A model generated the notes under the pieces. It was given only the letters and a program-made list of their open reading frames with translations. It did not search any database and had not been told where the DNA came from. DNA of 63,770 nucleotides, counting the filler, from Basidiobolus ranarum (Eukaryota), in the NCBI GenBank assembly GCA_040143965.1. It is 14 parts of 14 records of this genome, joined end to end, with 100 filler letters (N's around TTAATTAATTAA, not from the genome) between each part and the next. Parts side by side here need not be neighbours in the genome. Positions count along the whole stretch, not along the records: positions 22,879 to 27,345 come from JASJQH010001953.1; positions 27,446 to 31,906 come from JASJQH010001954.1; positions 32,007 to 36,465 come from JASJQH010001955.1; positions 36,566 to 41,023 come from JASJQH010001956.1; 10 more parts are not named here. One strand, given 5' to 3'. The position numbers were made by a program, and so were the translations under genes. Numbering within the stretch: position 1 is the first letter of the stretch; every line of letters starts with the position of its first letter. Shown piece after piece: positions 25,900-40,090 of the stretch.

Positions 25900-27345
25900 C
25901 TTTCTATCTCTTGCATCTTCGCTCACCTGACGAGCTTCTATCGATACAAGTAAACGTTAGATAAACCGGATAAATTGATTCCTACCAAATCAGCCAGCAT
26001 GGTGATTGTACGATTGTATTGGATGCCATTATTGGAGTTTGGAGTGGTACCAGGTCTATGTCGCATATCCTGATTAGAACAAAAGAGTGCTGAAAAGATG
26101 TTCACGCGCAAGCCCATCTAGTTTCCACTCTGATCAAATTCAGCTGCTCGCATGTCATCTCTATTTCTGTGAAATGTATCAAACAGCCAAGTGATAGGCT
26201 TGTTGTCACGGTGTGCAAAGTTTTACTGCGAGATCAACAGTGTGGATCTGTCATGGGGAGATGGTTCCACAGAGATGATCTTTGCTACACATGATAGTCA
26301 AGAGCCAGCGTTAGTTATCACCTAAGGATGCCATGAAACACGCCATCAAGTACGATGTCCTCGATGTTGCAAACCAGCATATCTCTTTCTTGGAAATGCA
26401 TGCGATGCTGTATAAAGATCGTAAACTTCTCATCGATGTGACGTGGGAATTTCTTTGGCGATTGGTGTGACTGCACTAGCTAGTCTCGATTTGACTGACA
26501 GGATTATCGGAAATTGGGAATTCATCATAGAGAGCACAACCAGCCGCTTATAGCGGTGGGGCCTGTCATTCGTTCACTTGGCCATCCGGTATCCTCCGAG
26601 GGGGCACTTTTTTCTTCAATTGTGGGCTTCTAGAGAGCAAGTGTCTTGAACGTATCCCACTGCCTGTATGCACATCAATTCTTTGTGTACCCACTTTACA
26701 TTTGACAGACTGATGATGAGTTCACTTGCATGACTGAGAAAGAACTCCCAAAGTGGTTGGTGTGACCATGGATATTCGAGAGAAATGCACTTGTATTGCT
26801 GAGCTTGATCAATGGACCAAGTCTTACGGGTTCTGACTACGCAAACCATCGCGTATCTTTCTGTAGAGCCCATTTCGGAAATGGAAGTGGAATTTCTCAC
26901 GCCAGGATGAGTAATGCAAAATTACTTGTCAGAATTCAATTGATCTTAGTCTAAGACTGCTCATAGCCGAAAGTGTCAATAATCAGATATCCGATGGAAT
27001 GAAATTGAACCTCAGATGGATCATCAGATGATAGTCTCACTTTGTAGCGTAGAGCCCTGAAGAATCAGGGCCCAATCTTTTTCCACTTCCATCACATCTA
27101 CTTTGACAGTTACCGTACATATATAACCAAGGTGGGGCAAAGACATAGAGAATACGCCTAAAAAGTCAATCTACTTGAGCACACATCTCAATATGGTTCC
27201 GCTTCCACCCTTACCATATTGAGATTCGCCACTAGATGCCTGTATATAAAGTCAGCACTTCAGCCAATACCGTAGCATGGGAACAAAGGGTTTCAAAAGT
27301 CAGTAGTGATGGCCACCCATTGCACCTAGCACTACAGGAAAAGAG
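25900..27345 (-). mobile_element. Possible decayed L1/Tx1-like LINE (RT end and C-terminal region)
   Basis: Fragmentary motifs in the expected order: LY..AS..LN, DFLGV (YLGV-like) and CWLIW. Many stops. Confidence 0.35.
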
Positions 27346-30300
27346 NNNNNNNNNNNNNNNNNNNNNNNNNNNNNNNNNNNNNNNNNNNNTTAATTAATTA
27401 ANNNNNNNNNNNNNNNNNNNNNNNNNNNNNNNNNNNNNNNNNNNNATGATCCAAGCAGAAGCGATGCACGGACTGAACAATTTGCTGAAAATTGGAATGG
27501 ACAATGATAGGGGAAGGGAGTTTTTGGTTAATTTCCTTAGAAATACACGGGAGTTTCTTTAAGATCAAGCTATTGGAAAAGGACCTGCTTTTCTGCTCAG
27601 CTTATTCGCATTACCTGAAATTCAGAACTGCGAATTGCCTCAACTATTTATACCAACCGAATTATCGACGAACACCACCATTGAGATTCTGGGCACACCA
27701 AAAGAATTCACTAACTCGTTTTGCTTGCCACACCCACCCACATCAACCCTCCTGCATTGCTTGATCCTTGTCGGGCCGTGGTTGGTTGGGGAGCTAATTA
27801 TAGACCAATGCCCACAATGAACATGTGTAAGCTTTTATCCTTATGTAACTAGAACATAAAATAAATTGGAAGGGAGTTGATTTAACCATCCCCTTTATCA
27901 TATATATCACTGAACTATTCCGACCCAGCTAATCAATCTCCCTTGCCTGTGTAAAACAAAATTATTAAAAATATCTAATCTCATTTCCGTAATGCCTACA
28001 GTGGCCTACAGTGGTAAATTCATATAATTGAAATTCCCATATTAAGTTGCTTATGATCCTTTAATCTGACTAAACTGGAGGAGATTGGGTTGACCTGTCG
28101 CTCAACGTTCGATTTACACCGTTTCAGATTCATCTTAAAAGATAGATCCAGATTGGCTACAATGGCTTTGTTGACAACAAATCCTCCAAGAGAAAACTCA
28201 CAAAGAGAGCTGTTCTATTGTCAGAGTGATCGAATGCTTCGTAGGGCAGTGCATTCATAGAATATAGAAGATCGGGAACCGGTGCTACAGCAGACATTCT
28301 AACTAAATAGGTCCGCCCACAATTAGCACATACAAGTTTCTGCTGCGTAAATACACCACATATTGTACTTGTTTTTAAGCAGTTCAATAGGTTAGCTAAT
28401 TAATCTCACATCCACCTGAAGTACAGATGCTCTGATATACCGGATCTATAGGTAGTAAAAACCGTGACTGTGCTCCGATGTTCTTGAAAACTCTGAACCA
28501 TACTCACAGATATGTAGTTGTTGCAGGCCATACTTATCAGGTATGATTCCAACCTCAGAGAATGGCCCAGGTTATTGTGATACCAGATTCTTTATAGATA
28601 AAGAGAAAGCGCTCATTCAACTAGGAAAGAGCCGTCTCTCTTGTCAAACCGAATTCAACTCATTGCAATAAGAAATGGGGCTTCATTTCCCATCTGCAAT
28701 TTCTAATATAAAGGAAAAAAAGTAACTGCTCCTTTCGCTCCGCCACCGATTGTATCATATTTCATACTACCAATTGGTTTATCGGGTCAATTTATGCACT
28801 CGAATATTACTTCCAACGAGTAGATACTTGGCGTAAAGGATCAAGTCAATTCTAAATCATAGTCAAAGAACTAACGAATTGACTTATAGAGCAACTCTTA
28901 TAGTTCCGTGTCAAAATAACCTATTTTGTTAGCCAAGCTTCATCCAATAACCAGTTCTTGGCATTGGGTATGCACCTTACTTGGGCGTTGCCGACGACCT
29001 GCTCTAGATTCCTTTGGAATTTAGCAATATATTCCACCTCATTTACCATATATAAAAATCAACCTTGTCCTGCTCGCTAAGCAAGTCCTACTAACTATAC
29101 GTGTTTAGACTGTTACGGACAATCATTATACCCGGTTGCATTTTCGACCCAGGTCAACCTCCACGTGAGCTTGTCGTAAGATTTATGAAGCCAAGAGGTA
29201 TTTTGGCTATGTCACAGCAGCCCAATTCAGACACCACGCTCCCCTAAAAGATTTAAGATCTTAGTGAGCGAATCGAGCTCTGATAGTACTGCACCTCCGA
29301 AATATAACTGTCTATAGCTATTTATGCACTTTGGTTCCCATGTATGTATATTGGTATTGTCTTTTATATTACTGTCTTATCTCACTTGCATTTGGAATCC
29401 CCCAAAATATTAGGACAAGAGGTAAAAGCTTGGCTAAGATCTCTGGGGTAGATTTATCTGTACACTAGATAACGCCAAAACTGCATTCAAGATCAGATTT
29501 AGTGTCACACCTTAACCGGTTGAATAGTGCCCCAATGACTCATTACCAATTCATGATAGATGTAACGGTAATTGGAAGCCTGGAAAGGTTTTAATCAATC
29601 CCATATATATCATCATTGAGTTCCAATGTTGTCCTATTTTTTACTAAAAAAAGCTTCATTGATTTTTTCACCTGTCAAGATATTGAGATACTGAGGGATT
29701 TACCCATTAAGATTCCAAGCCTACTTCTCATCATAGCATATGCAAGACTTCAAAATCCCAGTACAAATAACTCCTCGAGCAAGGAAGCACAAAGCAGAAA
29801 AAAGTAAGGCAAGCTAAGTTATACGTTTTTGGCTATGCGAGGTATAATTTTCTCGGGAGAAAATGAGTAACACATATTTATAGCTAAGACGAGAACCAAA
29901 AATATGGTATGTGTCGGTCTGTACTCACCAAACTACTATAGAATGAGGAGAATGGTTGGTGGTAATTTCCAATGTTGAAGCGTAGTTATTATTAAACAAA
30001 AACTACTTTGTGGTTATTGGGCAACGCTTAATATAGCAATTCTCTCACTAAATCACAGCTCTCAGAAATATGTCCCTCACTAACACAAGACCTTCATGTT
30101 AAGTTGGTTCCTCATTGTGAGAGCTATCACCTTTGTGCAACTTGTGATAGCAGTGAATTCATTTTAAACTCTGTTGCTCTATAAATATCTTTATTCATAC
30201 ATTCTTCTTGTCAGTCCCTTCTATTTACTCCTTTTATTCCACAATTCTGCTCTTTTGGTTAGGTAGGATATATTCCAAGCTTCTAGCTAAGATGATATCA

Positions 30301-30990
30301 TATATAATCTACAGAATTGAGATCAAGAGTATGAGATGGCTATATTAGCAGTTGCCTTCTTTATACCAAGTATTTATACTTTGAAGAAAATGATAAAAAT
30401 AAGGCATAGGATTATATTTCAAATAAAGATCAAACCAGATTCACCTTTCTATGGGTAATTCAAAAAACTTTGAAAATCCAAGCTCAACTATTCTAAATAT
30501 TGGATAACTTATCTATATTCAGAAGATATGTTCCAGCTTTAAATCAAGTGATATTTTGATTTGCTCCTAAGATAGCACCCAAAATAGTTTTCCAGCAATT
30601 CAAGTGTTGCATAATGGTTGACCGCCTAAGAAATATAGCAAAATACTATTCAGGAATGTTATGCCTCCAATGAACATCTCAAAAATATTTACTTGCTCCA
30701 GCTACACAACTTGATCAAACCAAAAATATGCTAGAAGCAACATTAATTAACATATTGACAAACTTCCTAGAATCCAGCATGGATATTTCATACTTCACTA
30801 AACATTTATACATGTTTATATATTCAATTTTATAATATTTTGGGTCAAATCTTATATAACTTTCAACTCTCCAAAGTAATACATGTTACTTCATATATTT
30901 TCAACACTTTCTCTGGAGCCAAGTTGCTGATCTTTGTTGCAAATCTGACTCTATGTTAATGTAGCTAGCCCTAGTTATTCTCAACACATA

Positions 30991-31640
30991 CAGTTGGGGT
31001 TAATAATATTTTGTCAGCTCCAAAAATTAAGCAAATTTTCCTCTTCTTCACTAGCCTAAGCTATCTTATTAAGTCACAAAATAAATAAGACTGTTGAAAT
31101 TCTCATTAAAGGATTGCAAGATCCTAAAGGATCCAAACAAGGAGTAAAAAAAATGAAATTGAGCACTTTTTTCTACTTGCAGCAGCTTGGAATCAGTCAG
31201 CATGCCATTTCTACCATGATTGCCATGAAGCACACAATGGTGCAAAGTGCAATTGGTACAATAGCTGAAACTGGTACCACTTTGGCAGGAAAGAGCATGG
31301 GTAGACCGTCTACCTTTGACAAGTATACAAAGTGCCATTTGGAGTGCATAATCAGAAATGATCCTTTTCAGACAATTGAGATAATTAGAGACAAACTCTG
31401 CTTGATGGGTAAAACTATTTGTCACTCAACTATAAAGGAATAGATCAGGCAGTTGAGATTCAAATACTCCTCTCCTGCAAGCAAACCCAAGCACACTGAT
31501 GCATTGAAAAAAAATACCAATGGGCCAAGAGCATGTCAACTAGACCAATGAACAATGGAGCATGATTATCTGGTCTGATGAATCAAGATTCCACATGTTT
31601 GGCAGTGATAGCAAGCCAAAAGTCTTGAGAAAGGAAGGTG
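30991..31640 (+). mobile_element. Tc1/mariner-like transposon, 5' part, degenerate
   Basis: TA|CAGTTGGGG terminus, HTH region with GRP motif, and WT.EQW..IIWSDESRFHMFGSD (first catalytic D). Broken by stops and truncated. Confidence 0.85.
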
Positions 31641-31906
31641 TGTTATGCATCAACATACAAAGCTTTTAACTTACACCATATCTATACAACTTGCTTGAAT
31701 ATCTGTTTAGTTTATCATTATTGCTAACTAGTTGCCTGACCTTATCCAGTGACTTTATCATGTGACCTATCACATTACTAACTATCCATTTTCTTATCCC
31801 TTCTATCAGATCATATGACTTATCACATGATCATTATCCAATCAGTATTAATCTCTGAGTCATCTGCCTAGACACAAGTCAATATGAGTCAGAAGATTCA
31901 TAACCA
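31641..31906 (+). mobile_element. LTR-like insertion interrupting the Tc1 transposase
   Basis: Abrupt switch to TGTTATG. CpG-free, with repeated TCATGTGAC/TCACATGA-type motifs, and runs to the contig end. Confidence 0.4.
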
Positions 31907-32006
31907 NNNNNNNNNNNNNNNNNNNNNNNNNNNNNNNNNNNNNNNNNNNNTTAATTAATTAANNNNNNNNNNNNNNNNNNNNNNNNNNNNNNNNNNNNNN
32001 NNNNNN

Positions 32007-33382
32007 TGTTGCTTAGAAGTGCACTAAATGGACTTTAGTTTTGCCTATTGAGTCCACTGAGTGTAGTTTGCCTCAAAGTTTTGTAACACTGCCAAAAGTC
32101 AAGATACCGTGGAGCTACCACAGTTATATGACCAGAATGAAGTAGATAGAAATGGAACTTTGGTCAAACCAGTAAGTTAAGACAACTTTGAGGACATGCC
32201 ACTTGATCATGACCTAGGTTTTCCAGTACTGATGGTAGCATATCAGAAGTTGAAGAAGAAAACAAAGGTTTTGTTATGGACTCTTTGTTATTGGCAAACA
32301 TTAGTCCACTCAAAACACTTACAGTAAAGGAAGCAGCTTTGATTATTGAGGAGTGGAGAGTTCAATCCAATCTTAACAATCAGTTGTTTATTGGTAGTCT
32401 TACACTTTTACCACAGGTGATTGGCAACTATTGCTTGCCACAGACCTGGTACAAGTGGTAAACACTTGTCAAATGTATGACTTATACTCCTTCAGTAATT
32501 AAACTACCTTCATGTCAAATGGTTGTTTGTCTTTCACTGGTGGCCTGAAAAACTGGAAGTCATGTACTGTTTGCACACAATTGGCAATCACTGAATCAGG
32601 TAAATGTTGTTCATATTTGGCTTACATACCATTGATTCCCCATCTTAAAGTTTTGATGATATTACCCAAATATAGATCATTAATCCAATACCAAAGTACT
32701 CACCATAAAGCTGATGGTATTATCATCATACTTGATGGAAATCACTACCAGAATCCAAAAAGTCAAAGTTCTTTGAGAACATGCATGATCCTGCATTTTC
32801 ATTGACTCTGTATGCTTTCTCACTAAACAATTATACCATTGGAAAGGTTTGCTGCCCAACAATTTTAATTAACTTACATCTTCCTCCTTCTGAATGGTAT
32901 AAGAATCTTAATATTTTGAAACCATCCATCATATCTGGTACTTAATCTCCAGTGCTTATAGATAGCTTCTTGGAGACTTTGATTGCTGAATTTGAATGGT
33001 TATCTAATGGGGTTCAGATGGGTGAATATTTTATTAAAGCAAAAATCATTGTATGTATTGGTGACACTCCTGCCATCTGTAAACTTGGAGGCTTTTGTGG
33101 GCATAATGCACTAGTTTGCTGTAGATTTTGTCAAATGAATGGTTTCTGCTCTATCAGGCATAGGCTGTACTACTATCAAAATACAAAACTCCATGATTTT
33201 ACCATCAAGAGCCTGCTCAGATTTCAACATGATCACTGATATCAATTCACCATATAGTCTGTCAAACATCAAACTTGGTATTTGTGGTAAGCCCAAGATT
33301 ATATTACTAAAGAAGATCAGCTGGAGCCAGAGCTTCCCATTCAGCACCATGCAATTACTATTCAACAACATTCCAATACCCC
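32007..33382 (+). mobile_element. CACTA/EnSpm (Tnp2-like) transposase, degenerate copy A
   Basis: YIPLIPHL, ILDGNHY, LPPSEW, DSFLETL..EF and CIGDTPAICKLGGFCGHNALVCCRFC. Confidence 0.82.
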
Positions 33383-36300
33383 TAACAAAAATAAAATCAA
33401 TTTGTTCTGCATCTGTTCCACCCTCCAAACTAGCAAAACCATCACAATTTCAGTGGCTTTCATTCTGCCAGGTATTTTGATGGTGTGATGGTGGTTTCTT
33501 GATAGTATTTTGATTGTATTCACACATGTTAAAATATTGATCTTCAAATTTGGCATGCTTCAGTCAATATCCAGCAGGTTTTGCAAAAATATAATTTTCA
33601 AATGGCAAATTATGGGTTTGCTGCTGTAGGAATTTGAATTGATATTCAAGCCTTGATTTGAATATTTTAGGCTTTGTATTCCAGCCAATATGAGAATCAA
33701 CAAATATAAGAATCTTGTTGTGTTTAGTCTCTACATATGCACATACTTGAATGAACAGACAAAATTTGACAACATCAATATGCTTTACCAGCAAACTAAT
33801 GGTTATAAACATCTGAAATTTTGAATAGGACTGACACTTGACAAATAGCTGACTGTTTTTACTGTTCAAGATGAGAATAAGCTCTTGGATTTCGGAAAAT
33901 TTCATGAAAAGTTCAGCTAATATATCCCCAACCAGTATTCAACAAATGTCCTACCACATGTAGATGTGTCATTGTTAGAATAGATTACCCCATGGCTAAA
34001 ACAATAATACTGCATATCTTGATATATCTCACCAAAAAGTCTGTGTTGCAGCTTTCCTAAAAATACCTTTAGATTACCACACAGGCAAATTAGTCCAATT
34101 ATAGAGGTACTTATTCTGTGTCCATGGATTGGGCTATGTTACTGTTATTGTCCTCAACAATACAACAACCCATGAGCACATTAAAAAGAGCCCCTTATTG
34201 GCAGGATAATATACTCTGGAGTCTTGTCAACCCTTTGCGTTACATGCATTACTGATTTGCTGATACAATTTAAGTCAGATTAGCATACAGTAATACTGAC
34301 TATTTCACATGGAGCATCATTTCACCACAAGTGCACTCCATTGGAAACTCCCAGAATGTATAGCAAGGGCCTATAATCTTTAAGCATTGTGAAAGATGCT
34401 GCAGGAAATGTATTGAATACTGGCATAGATTCAATCTATCTTCTTTAAACCTGTAATAAAGTTTTTCATATCTAATTACAAAATCTTTGCATAGTTGTTG
34501 TATCTGCCTGAGATCTGCCAATGTGAGTTGATGCTGTAAGAATATATTAACAATATCCACAAACAACTCACAATGATTCTAATACTTATCAGGCAGAAAT
34601 CTTCTCAAAATTCCACCGGAATATATACAAACCAAATACTTCCAGTCTTTGCATCTGAACAAACCCCTAGATGAGTGGATATCGATGGGAGTTCTGTTAA
34701 ATGTGATGGTATCTTGATGTTTTCACGCATTTTGCCAATTGATTCAAGCTTTGATCCTATCTCTAATGGCTCATTCATATTGAATTTTTAACTATGTTGC
34801 GGAGTAAGTAGTGTAGGAATCTTGTTGAATAGTAAGTTCATAGTGCCTGGTGGGAAGCTGTTGCTTCAGCTGATCCCCTTTAGCAATAAAATCTTAGGCT
34901 CATGGCTAATATCCAGTTTGATGTTAGACTGACTATTTGGTGAATTAATATCAGTGATCATATTGAAATCTGACTGGGCTCTTGACAGTACAATAATGAA
35001 GTTTGGTGTTGTATTTGAATAGTAGCATTGTGTATGCCTGTTAGAATAGACTCCAATAATTTGACAAATTTTACAGCAAGATAGTGCATTGTGCCTGCAA
35101 AAACCTCCAAGTTTACTGATGGCAGGAATGTCACCTATGCATACAATGATATGAGCTTTATTAAAATATTCACTCATCTGAACTTCATTAGATAATCATT
35201 CAAATTCCACAATCAAAGGCTTCAAGAAGCTATCTATAAGCACTGGTGATTTGGGTCCAAATATGATGGATAGTATCAAAATATTCAGACTCTTATACCA
35301 TTCAGAAGGAGGAAGATTTTAGTTGATTAAATATATTGCCCAGCAAGCCTTTCCAATGGCATATTTGTTTAGTGAAAAACAATCCAGAGCCAATGAAAAT
35401 GCACAATTATACATGTTCACAAAGAAACCCTGACTTTTCAGATTCTGGTAGTCATATCCATCAAGTATATTGGTAATACCATCAGATTTATGGTGAGTAC
35501 TTTAGTATTGGATTAATGATCTATATTTGGGTGATTTCATCAAGACTTCAAGAGGGGGAATCAAGGGTATATGAGCCAAATATGAACAACATTTACCTGA
35601 GTCAGTGATTGCCAATTGGGTGCAAACAGTATAAGACTTCAAGTATTTCAGATCACTGGTGAAAGCCAAACAACTATTTGCACATGAAGGTAGTTCAATT
35701 ACTGAAGGATTATAAGTCATACAATTGATAAGTGTTTTCTACCTGTACCAGGTCTGTGCCAAGCTACAGTTGCCAATCAACTGTGGTAAAAGTGTCAGAA
35801 AAGCAATAAACACCTGGTTGCTAAGACTGGATTGAACTCTTAACTCCTCAATAATCCAAGCTGCTTCCTTCAAAGTAAGTACTATTAGTGGACTAATGTT
35901 TGTCAATAACAAAGAGTCTGTAAAAAACCTTTGTTTTCTTCTTCAACTTCTGATATACTACCATTGGTACTGGAGTAACCAAGATCAACATCTAGCAGCA
36001 AGTCCTCAAAGTGGTCTTGCCTTGCTGGTTTGACCAAAGTTGCTTTTTGACCCACATCATTCTTGTCATATAACTTTGGTAACTTCACAGTATCTTGACT
36101 TTTGGCAGTTTTACCAACAATTTGCGGTAAATTATAGTTAGTGGACTCAATGGGCTAAACTAAAGTCAATTTAATGAACTTATTACTGTTGTTATACCCC
36201 AGGCTTTGTGCAGCTGGTGGCTTGGTATGGCTTTCATAGCTTAAAAATATGTGACAATAATGGCAGGGCTTCTTAGAATGTTTGTTTAGTGGCATGAGAA

Positions 36301-36465
36301 GGTTATGGTAGAAAAAAGAACACCTCCTATATAAGGATTGTATTTTAAGTATAGACCATCAATCTCATCAGCTGATTCTGAGACAGTGTCACAGATGAGT
36401 CATCAGGGGATTTACAAGATATTTCTGGTAACGGAGGGCAATTTTTGTTTATTATAAGCTGTATC
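33383..36465 (-). mobile_element. CACTA/EnSpm-like transposon, degenerate copy B (most complete), converging on copy A
   Basis: Same family as copy A. Transposase starts near 36295, with GDIPAISKLGGFC.HN..CC..C and YEKLYY..SIHFLQHL..IGPCYTFWEFPME. Confidence 0.85.
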
Positions 36466-36779
36466 NNNNNNNNNNNNNNNNNNNNNNNNNNNNNNNNNNN
36501 NNNNNNNNNTTAATTAATTAANNNNNNNNNNNNNNNNNNNNNNNNNNNNNNNNNNNNNNNNNNNNTAAACGTCAATGATATATAAGTGTTTTGTTTATGG
36601 CATGTATATTATTTCCATTCTGTGTTACAATTTTTTTTTGTTGGCCAAGAAACTTGTCGGGTTTGAGATTAAATTTGTTCTAATTTTTATTTTATAGAAT
36701 CCTTTTTGGTTCGAGGTTAAATATTTGAGAAAATTTATTTTTTTGTTTAGAATTTGCGTTAAATCTTAATACCAATTTC

Positions 36780-37010
36780 TATGAGAAAATGTAAGATGAA
36801 AGAAATATCGTTACTTCACAAGATTTAGCACAAAAGGAGATGTGCGAATACTATGTCTACCTGACATTTTTGACATTAGTAATGGTTATGCTTGTACCAA
36901 CGGAGAAGACAACCCAATTTATATTTTCCTTATGAATGGATATATTTTGTGAACTCTTTTTTCTGCTGATTTTCTTAGCGCTGATTCATTTCTTGAACTA
37001 CTATGTTTAG
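36780..37010 (-). pseudogene. HSF-type gene paralogue, 5' exons only (truncated)
   Basis: Clearly homologous to 39865-40095. Encodes HSIRTSPFVLNLV and then breaks. Confidence 0.7.
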
Positions 37011-39048
37011 TTAATTCCCCCCTATGATAGATAACCGACTCTAAACTTTTAATCAGGTTGTATTAAAGTAAACTGTAAACTAGGCGATTTTGTTTTACTT
37101 ACTGCATTGGTCAAGGTAGGGTTGATTTCGTGACTGCTGTATTGTCGCGTTGCATTCTATTGGTTACCCATATAGCATGGAAAAGTGGATGTGAACATTT
37201 AGTGATTAAATTTGGATCTCGGACCAGGCCTATTTATAACTACTAGTGGCCTTACCGTTATTGGAGTTAACTAAACCTGAATTTCATAAATCTGATGGTA
37301 CATTTACTAATAAGATCACCAAATAAGAATAAAGAGGATTTTATATCAGTATTCAAGTATAGTGAATTGGCGGAGTGATTATTAGCGGTAAGAAAACTGA
37401 GGAATCTTAGTGCTAGAATTGCTACTTTGGGATTTAACTGCTCAGTCAGCGATTCGCGCATGAAGTGTATGTTTCATGTCTATTCAACTCTAGTGGTGAG
37501 GGTTATCAATCAGAGTTATTTATTCAACACTAGTAGTGCGAGTTGTCCGTCACCACTTTGGGCGACATGTCTGATGGTGGTACTAGCCTTGCTTTAGCCA
37601 GTAGATTGCTATAATCATTTTCCACTCTCTTCTCTTTTAAGATTTTAAATTAACTGCTTGGACATGACAATTTCATATCACATCGAATTAAACCATGATC
37701 TGTTCATTGATCTTAATTTGTTGTAGCAACCGTCACCATTTGAAGCATTATCTTGATACTTATCCAGCAAGGTGAGCTCCTGCTATATATATAATTGGGC
37801 GGTGTCTTACAAAGTAGGTTCCAAGTAGCATCATACTATAAATCTGATTGATACATTGGAATCAGCTACCTGATGTTGAGTATTTTTGATATTACATTTT
37901 TTATATTATTATTTAGCCACTTATCATTTCCAAGAATAAACCACATTTTGTGTAGTGGTGAGATTCATTAGAATCCAATGACCAAGATACAAATATCTCG
38001 TATACAGCTCCGGTTTGAGATTCAGGGTTTGTCATTAGTATGCCCAAGCACTCGCACCAAGATCAAATCATGACCTACTTTACAAACAGTATCGAAGGGA
38101 TATAGATTTACCCAATTTTTACACTGAGTCATGTCTTAGTAAGAACTCTAAAATATCACAAAGATGATATGTTAGCTACAAAGCAACATCCAGTTATTCT
38201 GGATCAATCGAGAATATGGAAGCAATGCGTAATGTACAACTATAGTAACTACAAGAATCGAGAACCTGATAGAAATTGGAATATGCCAAGGATTATTTTG
38301 AGGGGCAAGTGGGTGAGTCCAGGTATGAAAACATCTCTCTCTTCTGATCAGATATAGCCATTTAATGGTACTTATTCTGGTGTAAGTTTTAGCTATGTTT
38401 CATCTCGAGTTATATATTATATCGCTAGGTGATAATTCGATATGCGAGGAGGCTATTGATCTAATACATAAAGCTAGTGAAGTTATTGACATAATGGATA
38501 AAGCTAATGAGGTGAGTAACTCCGATTCGACTTCCACTAGCACTGCTTTCTTTGTTTGAGTAAACCGGCTCGAGAAACGCTGGAAAAGATGCTAGCATCA
38601 CCACTATACATATATATACATGTATTCTACTTCATATAAACCCAGCTAATCCAGTTGGTTGTCACCTATTAGTTTGATCGGCACTGAATTGGTACGCAAG
38701 GGTGGAAAGTATACTTAACAACAATATCCATTAATTATTGCTGATTTGTACATATCTATATATTCTACTTCACATAAACCAGCTGAATAGCCTTAATAAT
38801 GAAGCAAGCACCCAATCTAACTGCTATATACACATTTAACAACATGTAGTTTCGTGCACAAATCCGTTTATTACATTATGTTAATAAGCTATGAACTACT
38901 ACAAATACGATTTTACAAACAGAACCACCTCATATATGGTGGCGCGGCTATTCCAGTTGGTTGACATCTATTAGCTTGATCGGCACTAAATTGGTGCGCA
39001 AAGGTGGAAAATATACTTTACAACAATACTTCACAACAATAGTATCCA

Positions 39049-40090
39049 TTAATTACCGCCATTGTTAGGAAACCATTCAGTATTGCACATGTATGAAGGA
39101 TATGGATAAATATGAGGATATACGTTGGAATCAGAACTAATCCATAAACTAGATGAGGTCCCTTCTACTGAGACAGGCACACTGGAAGAGGGGACCAAAG
39201 GCTGTGATATATCGACGGTACAAGCTTCTTGGTTATTTGTGAGAATTAGGGACCTATAATACTCAATCGTCTTTCTCAAAATTGCTAATTCACATTTAAG
39301 AGCTATACAACTCAAACAGTCCACTACTGTATCTTTTGTGTACAATGATTCAGATCCGTCTTGAGATACTGAGTGTGAATTACCACGTGGAGTGGATAAT
39401 AGTACTGATGAGAGTGGCGAAGGTAATAAGGTAGACTTGATGTCTCGACCTTCCCCTAGATCTGAGGCTTCGGCTCTCACTTTAGAGTATGAACCCGATA
39501 TGCGTCGAATAAGGTAAAGAGAATCTGGTTGATCTCGCTTGAAATATTGATGTGAATAGACTATCGATGATGTAACAACACTTTGCTTTGTTCTACGCCG
39601 GTCAGAAACTCTTTCAAATCCGTAATTCTATTCAAGGGAGTTAATTAATACTATATGGTTGAATGTTTCTATCACCAAAGATTTACATTGAGTTGACGAG
39701 TGAATGAGGCCAACCTGGTGGTCTCGTAATATTGGGGAAGTACTTTGGAGGCAAATTCGGTTGAATCCCTAATGACAAAGCTGGTGCCTGACCACTCCCA
39801 CGCTATTATATGGGAATATTTTGGTTCGGAAAGGATTCTACAAAATGATTAATGTTAACAAAAACCAATTTCTATGAGAAAGGAGAAGATAAAGGAGATA
39901 GCGTTACTTCACAAGATTTATCACAAAGTGAGATGTGCGAATACTATGCTTGACTATCATTTTTGGGATTAGTAATGATTATGTTTGTACCAACGGAGAA
40001 GACAGCCCATTTTATAGTTTCCTTCTGAATAGATACATTTTGTGAACTCTTTTCTGCTGTTTTCCTTCACGCCGATTCATTTCTTGAACT
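39049..40090 (-). CDS. HSF-type (winged-helix) DNA-binding-domain transcription factor, 5' end ambiguous or possibly disrupted
   Basis: Spliced product FVINLVKILSEPKYSHIIAWEWSGTSFVIRDSTEFASKVLPQYYETTRLASFTRQLN|NYGFERV..YSHQYFKRDQPDSLYLIRR. The last exon is open to the stop at 39049. Confidence 0.78.

Noticed and set aside
26190..26225. FAHRDNKP (minus strand) as a protein kinase catalytic loop
   Set aside because: No other kinase motifs in frame, and it is surrounded by stops within a probable TE remnant.
27446..30990. Short ORFs in contig 7
   Set aside because: No recognisable domains or consistent splice structure. Probably intergenic DNA and very old TE debris.
36361..36410. CTGATGA motifs as a hammerhead ribozyme or C/D snoRNA
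   Set aside because: No correctly placed GAAA core or supporting stems found, and the motif lies in a transposon flank.
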